NCBI RefSeq assembly: GCF_006345805.1 | Contig: NC_042997.1 | Location: 91,822,001 to 91,886,000 of the forward strand | Length of the DNA stretch: 64,000 nucleotides | Source: Octopus sinensis | Lineage: Eukaryota | Direction of reading: 5' to 3' | Shown: one piece after another, positions 50,917 to 63,697 of the stretch | Layout of the letters: every line of letters begins with the position of its first letter | Position numbering within the stretch: the first letter of the stretch is position 1 | Notes under the pieces: generated by a model | What the model was told of the DNA's origin: nothing | Databases searched by the model: none | The model's input: the letters and a program-made list of their open reading frames with translations, nothing else | Program-made: the position numbers and the translations under genes

Positions 50917-51078
50917 AGTGGCTATGTGGTAAGTAGCTTGTCTACCAACCACATGGTTCCAGGTTCAGTGGCACCTTGGGCAAGTGGCACCTTGGGCAAG
51001 TGTCTTCTACTATAGCCTCAGTTAGACCAAAGCCTTGTGAGTGGATTTGGTAGACGGAAACTGAAAGAAGCCCGTCGT
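50915..51078 (+). mobile_element. SINE family B 5' half
   Basis: Ends GAAGCCCGTCG, where the internal microsatellite begins. Confidence 0.88.
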
Positions 51079-51175
51079 ATGTATATGTATATGTATATGT
51101 ATATATATATGTATATGTATATATATATGTATATGTATATATATATATATGAATATGTATATGTATATATATATG

Positions 51176-51206
<31 letters not shown>

Positions 51207-51207
51207 G

Positions 51208-51272
<65 letters not shown>

Positions 51273-51358
51273 GTATATATATATGTATTATATATATATG
51301 TATATGTATATATATATATATGTATATGTATATGTGTATATATATGTATATATATATG

Positions 51359-51391
<33 letters not shown>

Positions 51392-51450
51392 GTATATATG
51401 TATATATATATATGTATATATATATATATGTATATGTATATATATATATG

Positions 51451-51482
<32 letters not shown>

Positions 51483-51496
51483 GTATATATATAATG

Positions 51497-51550
<54 letters not shown>

Positions 51551-51640
51551 ATATATATATGTATATATATATAATATGTATATATATATGTATATATATA
51601 TATATGTATATGTATATGTATATATATATATATGTATATG

Positions 51641-51673
<33 letters not shown>

Positions 51674-52266
51674 GTATGTAATATATGTATGTATATATGT
51701 GTATGTATATATGTGTATGTATATATATGTATATGTATATATATGTATGTATATATGTATATGTATATATATGTATATGTATATATGTGTATATATATAT
51801 ATATGTGTATATATATATATATGTATATAATATATATATGTATGTATATATATATATATGTATATATATATATTATATATGTATATATATATATGTATAT
51901 ATATATATATTTGTATATATATGTATATATGTATATATATATATATATGTTATTATGTATATATGTTATATATATATATATGTATATATATGTATATATG
52001 TATATATATATATATGTATATATGTATATATATGTATATATGTATATATATATATATGTAATATATGTATATATGTATATATATATATATGTATATATGT
52101 ATATATATGTATGTATGTATATATATATATATGTATAATATATATATATGTATATATGGTATATATGTATATATATGTATATATGTAATATATATATATA
52201 TATATAGATATATATATATGTATATATTATATATATGTATGTATATATATATATGTATGTATATTA

Positions 52267-52313
<47 letters not shown>

Positions 52314-52486
52314 ATATGTATGTATATATATATATGTATATATGTATGTATATATATATATGTATATATGTATGTATATATTATATATATATATGTATAT
52401 ATTATATATGTATATTATATATATGTATATATATATATATGTATATATATTATATGTATATTATATATGTATATGTATAATATATA

Positions 52487-52521
<35 letters not shown>

Positions 52522-52568
52522 ATGTATGTATATATATATGTAATATATATGTATATGTATATATATAT

Positions 52569-52599
<31 letters not shown>

Positions 52600-52691
52600 A
52601 TATATGTATATGTATATATATATATATGTATATGTATATGTATATGTATATATATATGTATATATATGTATATGTATATATATATATTATG

Positions 52692-52722
<31 letters not shown>

Positions 52723-52868
52723 TATATATATATATATGTATATATATATATGTATATATATATATGTATATATATATATATGTATATATATATGTATATA
52801 TATATATATATGTATGTATATTATATATATGTATATATATATATATGTATATATGTATGTGTATATAT

Positions 52869-52899
<31 letters not shown>

Positions 52900-52902
52900 A
52901 TG

Positions 52903-52941
<39 letters not shown>

Positions 52942-53019
52942 GTTATATATATGTATATATATGTATATGTATATGTATATGTATATATATATATATGTAT
53001 GTATATGTATATGTATATG

Positions 53020-53053
<34 letters not shown>

Positions 53054-53248
53054 CATGTATGTATATATATGTGTATGTATATATATGTGTATGTTATATA
53101 TGTGTATGGTATATATGTGTATGTATATATATGTATATGTATATATATGTATGATATATATGTATAGTATATATATGTATATGTTATATGTGTATATATA
53201 TATATATATGTTGTATATATATATAGTGTATATAGATATATATGTATG

Positions 53249-53297
<49 letters not shown>

Positions 53298-53760
53298 GTG
53301 TATATATATATATATATGGTATATATGTATATATGTATATATATATATATGTATATATATGTATATATGTATATATATATATATGTATTATATGTATATA
53401 TGTATATATATATATATATGTATTATATATATGTATATATGTATATATTATATATGTATGTATATATGTATATATAGTATATATATAATATGTATATATA
53501 TGTATATATGGTATATATATGTATATATGTAATATATATATATGTATATAGTATATATATGTATATATATATATATGTATATATGTATAGGTATATATAT
53601 GTATATATATATATATATATTGTATATATATATATATGTATATATAATGTATATATATGTAGTATATATATATGTATATATATATATGTATATATGTATA
53701 TATATATATATGTATATATATATATGTATATATGTATATATGTATATATATGTATATATG

Positions 53761-53793
<33 letters not shown>

Positions 53794-53828
53794 GTATATA
53801 TGTATATATGTATATATATGTATATATG

Positions 53829-53859
<31 letters not shown>
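51079..53859. repeat. about 2.8 kb degenerate (TA)n/(TATG)n microsatellite
   Basis: Almost exclusively A, T and G on the plus strand. Confidence 0.97.
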
Positions 53860-54912
53860 TGCGCTGGTATGGTCATGTGGCGAGAATGGATGAAGATAGG
53901 TGTGTGAGAAAGTGCCAATCCCTAGCAGTTGAGGGAACCCGTGGAAGAGGTAGACCCAGGAAAACCTGGGACGAGGTGGTGAAGCACGACCTTCGAACTT
54001 TAGGCCTCACTGAGGAAATGACCAGAGACCGAGACCTTTGGAAATATTCTGTACGTGAGAAGACCAGGCAGGACAAGTGAGCCCAGCCCACTTATGAATG
54101 CCTTTCCTCCCTTGGACACAAAGACCGGTTGAGGCAAGCGAAGTCGATATAGAACCTCATCCGACGACAGACACCCATGCCAACCCCCCATGCTTGCGAA
54201 GACATGTTGGGGCAAGCGAAATCGAAATCGAAATCGAAACCGAATTGAACCAGCCAGGATCCCTGGCCTGGTGGTACGTAAAAAGCACTATCCGACTCGT
54301 GGCAGTGGCACGTAAAATACTCCAATGCGACCGTACGACAGGCACCCATGCCAACCCCCTTTGCTTGTGAAGACATGTTGGGGCAAGCGAAATCGAAATC
54401 GAATTGAACCAGCCAGGATCCCTGGTCTGGTGGTACGTAAAAAGCACTATCCGACTCGTGGCCGTGGCACGTAAAATACTCCAATGCGACCGTACGACAG
54501 GCACCCATGCCAACCCCCTTTGCTTGTGAAGACATGTTGGGGCAAGCGAAATCGAAATCGAATTGAACCAGCCAGGATCCCTGGTCTGGTGGTACGTAAA
54601 AAGCACTATCCGACTCGTGGCCGATGCCAGCACCACCTCGACTGGCTTCCGTGCCGGTGGCACATAAAATACACCAATCTGACCGTGGCCGTTGCCAGCC
54701 CCGCCTGGCACCTGTGCAGGTGGCACGTAAAAAGCACCCACTACACTCACGGAGTGGTTGGCGTTAGGAAGGGCATCCAGCTGTAGAAACATTGCCAAAT
54801 TAGACTGGAGCCTGGTGCAGCCTTCTGGCTTCCCAGAACCCCGGTCGAACCGTCCAACCCATGCTAGCATGGAGAACGGACGTTAAACGACGATGATGAT
54901 GATGATGATGAT
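53860..54912 (+). mobile_element. young 5'-truncated RTE 3' fragment
   Basis: [19 protein letters not shown]...[14 protein letters not shown], CpGs retained, (GAT)n tail. Confidence 0.92.
54165..54620 (+). repeat. about 159 bp tandem repeat (x~3) in the RTE 3' UTR
   Basis: Units start at 54165, 54336 and 54495; near identical. Confidence 0.9.
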
Positions 54913-54914
54913 AT

Positions 54915-55146
54915 ATATGCGTGTGTGTGTTTGTGTGTCTGTGTTTGTCCCCAAGCATTGCTTGACAAACGATGCTGGTGTGCTTATGTCCCCGTTACTT
55001 AGCGTTCGGCAAAAGAGACCGATAGAATAAGTACTGTGCTTACAAAAGAATAAGTCCCGGGGTCGAGTTGCTCGATTAAAGGCGGTGCTCCAGCATGGCC
55101 GCAGTCAAATGACTGAAACAAGTAAAAGAGTAAAAGAGTAAAAGAG
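54915..55146 (+). mobile_element. SINE family B 3' half
   Basis: Complements 50915-51078; (AAAAGAGT)n tail. Confidence 0.88.
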
Positions 55147-55499
55147 ATATATATGTATGTATGTATTCGTCATTTATATACCTTTTCATTCCTACATAAC
55201 TATAATAATCTTAAGATATATTGTTTTTTTCTAAACTCCACTATTATTTTCTCTTTTGATAATTTTCTCCTTCCTCTGTTTATACTTTACCTAATAAGAA
55301 TGATATAATACACCTAATAATAACTGATTCCTTTGTATGCATAAACATATAAATATGAATATATATGTGTGTGTTTATGTATATTTGTGTATATGTATGT
55401 ATATGTAAAAGTGTGTATATATGTATGTACATATATTTATAACTTAACCTTATGAACTTTCTAAATTCTAATATATATATATACTAGCAGTAATACCCA

Positions 55500-56000
55500 C
55501 TGCTGATCGTGTATTTACTTTTACTGTTTCACAAGAGCCACATTCAAAGTATTATTATATATATAATTTACTCCTGCTGTATGACCTCTCCACTGTCTCG
55601 CTGGCCCAATCTTTTCTCCACTTGATGTTGGCTTGTTGAAGAAGTGGCTTCCTGCTTCCTGCTCTGCCATAGTAGCCAAGTTTGTGGCGGTACCTAACAG
55701 CCATTCTGGGACTGACATTAACTTGTTCTTTTATGTCAGAGGCCTTGCAACACTTCTCTTAACAAAGAGAAGGGTCCTGTCAGAAAGGCCTGGTTAATCT
55801 GGATGAGGTGATGTGGACTCCTTCCCCTCTCTGGAGAATTGCACAATCACTCAATTAACTGCAAAAAGTGGGATCCCTAGGTTTTCTATGATTTTAAGCC
55901 GATTGTGTCCACCTTCAGAATGACTCACGATACGGCCTCTTTGAAATTCAGACAGTTCCAAGGCTTCTTTTGTACATGGCATGATTAAACAGTTACATAT
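55500..56000 (-). pseudogene. Tc1-family transposase N-terminal fragment
   Basis: [12 protein letters not shown]...NLGIPL helix-turn-helix region, with stops. Confidence 0.7.
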
Positions 56001-56105
56001 AGAACCTAAAACCTAAAAATGTCATTTAATAAAAAATATAAACCTTTATAAATTAAAATAAACATAAAATGATATTTTATGGAGCATCTATTTACTTCTG
56101 TCATG

Positions 56106-56149
<44 letters not shown>

Positions 56150-56489
56150 TATATATATATACACTTTGGGTATGGTAGATGAGTTCACCAAAAATTTAGA
56201 TTCAGATGAATATGGTACTTCAGTTGAGGCATCAGAATTTAGAACAGTATTATCCATACAATTTTAAAGTAAGGTGATTAAAATCAGAATAAGCAACAAG
56301 GACATATATATATATATATATAAGTAAATAAATAAATACTCATACTACACAAATTACTGCACATTAACCTGGAGTTTCTACCTTTGAATAGGTCGCTACA
56401 TCCTTGTTACTTGCGTAAATTTTGCTACCCTGGTAACTGTTTATTGAATTTTCCATGTTAACGGTAAACAAAGGATAATTCATTCATCC

Positions 56490-56528
<39 letters not shown>

Positions 56529-57002
56529 TATGGTAATTGCAAACATGGCTGTAATTGGAGTTTAATCACACTGCATGGACACTGTCAACTGGTGGGCCAA
56601 TCAACACATTATGGGTGAAATTGTTGGATGAAAGCTAAAAAGACACATTGTGCATATATGTATGTGTATGTGTTTGTGTAAGTGAGAATGTGTTTTCTCT
56701 TGTCTTTACATGTGAATGTAAACAAAAGCGTCCCTGTTCATCAAGTCAGTGTCATTTGCAGTCCTCTGTGTAAACATATTCACATTTCTTGGCAGTATTT
56801 ATAAACAAAAGGTTTGTTCAGATAGAGTTGATTATTTTCGATTCTCTGTGTAACCATGACCTAGCTATTTGTTATTTGAAATAACAAATAATGAGAAACC
56901 ATTGAGTTGAGCATTGGGATGGGCTTCTGGCAATAGGAAACTCTCTCTAAATGGTATTAAAATTATGTTGATGAATGTGTGGTGTGTGTGTGTGTGTGTG
57001 TA

Positions 57003-59560
57003 TACACATGGGTTGGGCAAAATAATGGAAACAGCTTGTTAAATAGAAGTTTTATTAGTTAATACAAAGTTGATCCACTTTTGGCATCAATCGCAGCTTT
57101 AATATATTGAGGAACTGACTAGTACAGGTTCTGAATACCTGTTAATGGAATTTTGGGCCATTTTTCAATAGTGGAAGGATGTAGATCCTCACTCACTGCT
57201 AAAAAATGCACAACTGTTCGTTTATATTGAGATCCAGTGACTGTGGGATTCAATCTAAGTTGTCTTTTTCACTTTTCTGCTCTTTGTACCAATTGTGAAT
57301 GACATTAGCCAAATGTCATCAGAGAAGATGACATTGCTCCTTTGAACCACTCACCACTTCTGTTAGTCTAGACCAGTGCTCCAGAAACAGTATGCTGCAG
57401 CACACTTGTGTGGTATGAGACAATGCTAAATGTGCTGCAGTGTAACCTGAATATAATTTTTTTCCCTATACTTTTAATTATATTTTTAGTTCATGTGTGC
57501 CACCAAATTTTGAAAAGAATATAAATGTACCGCAAGTGAAAAAAGGTTGTGGAGTACAAGTCCAGACAGCACTTTTTTTCTCACTTAGCAGTGTTTATGG
57601 GGGACAGGAAAGGCTTAGCAATTTCAGTCCTCATATGGTATTCAGTTTTATGGAGGTCATAACAAATAGTTTAGTTTCCATTACCATAGTTTCCATTGCT
57701 TCTCAAACGTGGCAGGCACTTCCTTTTACACCAGCTTTCTATTTTCTTCCAGTACTGTCTCAACAATGGTGCTACTCTGGAGCAGTGGAAAACTGCCAGT
57801 GTCATTCCTCTGTTCAAAAAGGGTGACCGCACATCACCTGTCAACTATTGCCCAGTCAGTCTCACTAGCTGTATTGCAAAACTGATGGAATCGTGTGTCA
57901 GAGAAACACTCTGGAACTTCTGGAGCTCTCACAGTCTCATCCGACCCTCACAATATGGATTTGTCCCTAACTCCAGCTGCAGTGACCAGCTTGTCGAGTT
58001 CCTTGAGGACATTACTCAGATCACTGACAGTGGCTCATGGGTGGATGTTGTCTACCTTGACTTTGCTAAGGCTTTCAACTCCGTGCCACACAAAAGGCTT
58101 ATGGTGAAACTCTCTGCAATGGGTGTGGGGGATGACCTTTTTAACTGGTTGAAATCCTTCATCCTCAGCCGAAAGGAGGTAGTCACAGTTCTAGGACAGC
58201 ACTCTACACCATATGAGATGTCATCGGGTGTACCACAGGGATCTGTCCTTGGTCCCCTCCTGTTTGTGGCATACATTAATGACATAGATGCCAATTTAAA
58301 GAATGCCACAGTATTGAAATATGCAGACAACATCAAGCTGTACCTTGAAATCAAGAGGACTGATCCTGATGTCTACAACTCTTTCCTGCAATCAGACCTA
58401 GACACAATGCAGCAATGGATCACAGACTGGCAACTGAAACTGGCTGTGGACAAGTGTACCACCATGCATTTTTGGAGAAAAAACCCTGCGTCCACATACT
58501 CCCTCCACAACACTGATATCAAGAAATCCTCTTGCAAGCGTGACCTAGGCATCACTGTCAGCAATGATTTGCGTTGGACAAAGCATATCTCTAAAATTGT
58601 CAAGAAGGCCGAGGGTGTCTTGGCATCACTCAGCAAGACTTTTGTTAGCCGCTCTCCAGCCATCTATTTAAAACTGTATACAGCTATGGTACGACCACAC
58701 TTGGAATTCGCATCATCAGTTTGGAATCCCTATCTTGCTCAGAACATTGACCTCCTGGAATCTGTCCAGAGACGTGCAACCAAACGCATACCCTCCATCA
58801 GACACCTACCATATTCTGAGCGCCTTGTTTCCCTGGGCATGGATTCACTGAAGCTCCGGCGTCTGGCGACGGACTTGGTAAACACCCACAAGGTTATCAA
58901 CCACCTCACCAACAACAACACTGAACACCTTTTTGATCTCCATGTGTCTAACACACGTGGACATGCCTACAAAGTCAGAAAACAGCACAGCTCCCATGAC
59001 TTTCGGAAACATTTTTTCACGCTCAGGGTTGCTGAAGCGTTGAATAAACTGCCTGCGTCAGTTGTTGACTGCCATGACTCTGCATCCTTTAAGGCCCTCA
59101 TGCTTTCCGAAATCCGCCGAAACTACACCTGATTATATATACACTTTAGATGAGTTGTAGTGCACCTGAGCACTGTACACAATTATTATTATTATTATTA
59201 TTATTATTATTGTTATAATTTTAGCAAGGTGGTTGTTTAGCTCTGCTGCCATTTTTGTTGCTGTTCAATGATTGTAGACACAATACATCTCACCGTTCTT
59301 CAATCCCTCTTAGTGAGCTTTGCTTTCCACCCAGAATTAATCACACCAGAGCTTCTTTTATCTTGGTTTTGAAATACCAACATCATTTTAGAGACTGTAC
59401 CTCTCAAAACATTAAATAATTCAAAAGTTTTAGTGACTGAAACTCCAGCCATCTGTACTCCAGCTATTTGTCCTCTATGGAAATCAGATAAATCACGTAT
59501 TTTAACTTATCTTTATGTCTTATCTATTACTTGCTTCAGTGAGAGGTTTACTTGAACAAG
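57003..59560 (-). mobile_element. Tc1-family element probably split by the CR1 insertion
   Basis: TIR-like TACACATGGGTTGGGCAAAATAATGGAAAC at 57003; SLDLNINEQL at about 57230; N-terminus DLSDFHRGQIAG...TVSKM at 59216-59520. Confidence 0.65.
57696..59215 (+). mobile_element. CR1-clade LINE, 5'-truncated; 478 aa open RT frame, (ATT)n tail
   Basis: YCPVSLTSCIAKLME, YLDFAKAFNSVPH, GVPQGSVLGPLLF, KYADN, RPHLEFASSVWNP, LESVQRRATK. Confidence 0.95.
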
Positions 59561-59689
59561 TTGACATCAAACTGTTTTAAGTCTGATACTTATTATATAT
59601 ATATCTTTTATTTGCAGAGACATTAACAAATCAATACTGGTTGCCAGGTAGTGTATACATACACACACAATATACAATAGGTTTCTTTC

Positions 59690-59828
59690 AATTTCCATGT
59701 ACCAAATCCACTCACAATGCTTTGGTTAACCTGGGGTTATAGTAGATGATATTTATCCAAGGTGCCAGGCAAAATCCCAAAAATCATGTGGTTGGAAAGT
59801 AAACTTCTTACTACACAGCTGTGCCCAT
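59690..59828 (-). mobile_element. degenerate SINE family B 5' half
   Basis: CCAAATCCACTCACAA...CCAAGGTGCC; essentially no CpG left. Confidence 0.7.
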
Positions 59829-60744
59829 GCTTAAATTTATTTAAATTATTTAAATATAAATAGTTACCTTAAAAGTAAAACAGAGCTTTATATCATGAAG
59901 TACAAAGCATTTATAATGCATATGGACACATATATACACACTAGAACTGTTCTAAATTTATCATATTGTCAATAGAAAAAATAATTAAATAAAAAGTGGT
60001 GTTACCTTTATATTATCCCACCCCTGTATGAAGCACTTGTATGTCTCTCATCTTACACCTCTCCATGCTGGTATTTCCATCAGCTGCACCCACCCTGTTC
60101 ATCACTCACTACATTCACCGGCATCCCATCTATTACTCCCACCTCACACACTTTGAAAGCAGCCACTTCCTCTTCCCCTCCCATATCCACTGTCCATAAC
60201 CTCTTTTATGTCACCTTCTTATATCATGAGAGTTTTCTCTGGCACTCCATCTTTACTTTCCATTTTATCTCAACTATTCACAGTCACTTTTATATAGTGG
60301 GTAGCATTGTATTTGTATAGCAAGATACCTATGCTTGTCTAACTTAATTTAGCCTTTCCACATCCAACATAAAGCCATCTTCTTTCAAATACTCCCCATT
60401 CAGTAGTGTGAGTTTTCTCCCTGATCTTTTTCTGTTTTGAAAGTTACTTAGCAATCTAATTTGTGCCAACAACATGAAAAAAAGCACTCAATAGACTCTA
60501 TAAAGTAGTCAGCAATTAGGAAGGGCATCCAGCCACATGAACTATGCCAAGTTGATGTTGGAATATGATGCAACTCACTGGATTTTTTAAAATTCAAAAT
60601 TAATTATATCAAAAAAATTTTTTAAAAAAAGAATGTTTTTTTTAAATATCAATATATCAAGGGTTTTTTGTAAAATCTTTTTTAAATATATTCAAATGTG
60701 TATATAAACATATATTTATGTATGTATGTATGTGTGCATACGCA

Positions 60745-60935
60745 TCATCATTTAACGTCTCTATTTTCCATGCTGGCATGGGTTAGACAGTTTGACTGGG
60801 GCTGATAAACTAGAAAGCTGCAGCAGGGTCCAGTCATCTATTTTGGCTTGATTTCTGCAGCTGGATGCCCTTCCTAACACCAACCATTCTACAGAGTGTA
60901 CTGGGTATCTTTCATGTGTCACCGGCACTGGTCAT
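60745..60935 (-). mobile_element. RTE 3' UTR fragment
   Basis: CATCATCATTTAACGTC...CAGCTGGATGCCCTTCCTAACACCAACC. Confidence 0.8.
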
Positions 60936-61020
60936 GATCATGGTTTCACTTAAATTGACGTATCTTCTCAAGTGCACCAAATTGCCAGAAGTCTTGCTCA
61001 CTTATACATATATCTTGTAC

Positions 61021-61053
<33 letters not shown>

Positions 61054-61054
61054 A

Positions 61055-61479
61055 AGGTCGTTGTTGACTTACAACCACAGTTGGTTCTGAATGATTGGTC
61101 GTAAGTCAGCCTGTAGGCCTACATAGCTTTGTTTTATATTTTTACATTCTTAACATACACTCTCAGATAAAAGTCACAGACAACATTCTGTGTTATACTA
61201 TTATACTGGCGTTAGTCAAAAATTTCAGAGCAGCAAGCAGTTGTTTTATTAACTAATACGAGGTTGCCTCGATGTCTCTGTGACAGGATAGTTGTCCAAC
61301 ACAGTGGCTGTTGATAACAAAACCTAGGGGAAGCATTTGTTAGCCTACATCATCTGTAGACGAGTTAAATTCTAAGGAATTAAACCCATTAGATTTCAAT
61401 CGGACTATTTATTATTGCTGCCAGGAGCTGGTGTGCCAGTCGTTGTAAAGTTGATTGGTCATAAGTTGACAACGACCTG
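61055..61479. mobile_element. pogo/Tigger-type MITE
   Basis: TIRs AGGTCGTTGTTGACTTACAACCA and (reverse complement) AGGTCGTTGTCAACTTATGACCA; the differences are at CpG positions. Confidence 0.7.
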
Positions 61480-61500
61480 AATATATATATTCCTCAAATA

Positions 61501-61534
<34 letters not shown>

Positions 61535-62419
61535 GTATATATAATATAATATAATAAATGTGAAAACTAATTTTTGTATCAGTGTGTCACACTTAGACCC
61601 CCTCTCTCACTATTCAATGACACTCCTACTATTCCTCATGATGGGGTGAGAGTAATTGTAGGCATAGAGACAGTGAGGGCAGTGGCAAAGACAGACGGAG
61701 AGAGAGAAAGAAAAAGAGAGGGAGAGAAAGAGGGACAAAGAAATTTAGGGAGAGTTGATGTTTTATTAAAAGTAGCAGTATTGATGGTGGCAGTGGGAAT
61801 AATAATAAAAGAAAGAGAAAGAGTGGGTATGTGAGAGAAAGAGGAACTGAACACTAAACTAACATGCTAAACTAACACACTGAACAAACACACACATTTA
61901 GCCATTTTGTGATGGTAATGAGGTGGTAGTAATAGTATGAGCTGTAGTTGTGATAGAGGTGGAGGTGGTAGTGATAATGATGATGATGGTGGTTGTCAGG
62001 GATGATGGTGAGAGCAAGTGGTGTGAAAGACAGTGGTGATGATGGTGGAGGGGAAGGTGGCAAAGTAAAAGATAGTGGTGGTGGTGGCATCAGAAGTCTG
62101 AACAGTGTGTGTATGGCAGTTGTGATGGCGATGGTGAGGGTTGAAAATGATTAACAAAAAGAGAGAGGGAAAAAAAAAGAGGTTAGACAGAAAAAAAATT
62201 GTATATGACACCCGAATGGGAAGACAGAAAAATATCTTTCATGCAATAAGTTCCAAGTCAACAAATTATATCATTGTTTTGGTGAAATTTATTCAATGCT
62301 TGAAAAATATTTAATATGTACTCAATGCATGAAGTGTCATTGTTGGGCCCAAGGCATAATGAAGAGCCCTCAACAGGAGCTAGCTTAAAAGCCACCCGAT
62401 AGGGCAGCGTTTAAGCTAG

Positions 62420-62476
<57 letters not shown>

Positions 62477-62479
<3 letters not shown>

Positions 62480-62976
62480 ACTTATAAACAAGGGCAAAAG
62501 AAAAAAATTCCAATGCCAAATATGCCGAAAATAGACTTAATCGTCAAAAACCATATAATTTATCTCTATAAGCACGCGTCTCGAAAGCAAGCTGACAGAA
62601 ATTTCTAAAAAATTTCGTTATTATCGAATCGGCCCCAATTTCTGAGTTAATTCATTTAGAATTTTCTCGTCATCAGCGATAAATACGATAAGAAAATAAA
62701 TGAGATACTTACTTGTACCCATGGAAGAAGTAAACACTAAGTCATGAGTACACTCAAGTACCCCAATTATATCCAAAATGGAAATTCTACAGCATACCTC
62801 GAGACACGTGTGATCGGACTGAAAATTCTCATAGAGTGAGAGAATCCGGAAGTGAATAGTATTAGATTTACATCTCATATAGGATAAAATTTTCGAAAAA
62901 ATTTTTTCAATGGCCAGCATATTAAAAAACAATACCTTTAAAGGTTAAATTTATTAACAACTTATAAACAAGGGCA
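62477..62976. repeat. 460 bp CpG-rich insert between 20 bp direct repeats
   Basis: ACAACTTATAAACAAGGGCA at 62477 and 62957. Confidence 0.7.
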
Positions 62977-63434
62977 TATATGTATGTATGTATCTATGTA
63001 TGTATGTATGTGTGTATATATATATATATATGTATATAAATATAAGTATGCATGTGTGTGTGTATATATATATATATACACACAAGCATACATATATTTA
63101 TTGATAGAGATGATGACAATGGTGATGATGATGATAACAATTATAATGACGACAATGATGTTGTTAGTTCGTTAGTTCATTAGTTCATTATAGAAATAAA
63201 ACAAGGGAGGATGTGGAAAAAAACAACCAAAACATAACAATCTATCCAAATTTACCCAGTAGTATTATTGTACATTGTACAATAAATGCTTACATAATGA
63301 AATCACATTATTACTAAGTAACACATCAGGAAAAATCATTATATTGGATTAGAATTAAAAGCACTGACTTCTTCCTCTGAGTTCTTTGTTCTAAGTAGCC
63401 TGATCTTGTTCTTATGAATTTGTCAATTTCAAGA

Positions 63435-63482
<48 letters not shown>

Positions 63483-63513
63483 TGTGTGTATTTTATATTT
63501 TACACAAACATTA

Positions 63514-63548
<35 letters not shown>

Positions 63549-63579
63549 TGTTTTAAGAATTTTGCTTCTCATGCACATG

Positions 63580-63690
63580 CTTTCTGGGGTCAGTCTCACT
63601 GCATGGCAAGTGTCTTCTTTTCTAGGCCCAGGCCAGCCACAGCCTTGTGAGTCGATATGGTAAACAGAAACTGAAAGAAACCCACCATAA
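63580..63690 (+). mobile_element. degenerate SINE family B 5' half
   Basis: GGCAAGTGTCTTCTT...GCCTTGTGAGT...GAAACTGAAAGAA. Confidence 0.7.
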
Positions 63691-63697
63691 ATATATA

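Noticed and set aside
51037-54080. Long Y/I/M/C/V-rich ORFs (up to 470 aa), and similar HT/CV/LS ORFs elsewhere
   Set aside because: They are translations of (TA)/(TATG)/(CA)/(GA) microsatellites, which lack stop codons in some frames.
55500-57480. Two Tc1 pieces as one element
   Set aside because: The order is wrong for the minus strand; the 57.0 kb piece pairs instead with the N-terminus at 59.2-59.5 kb.
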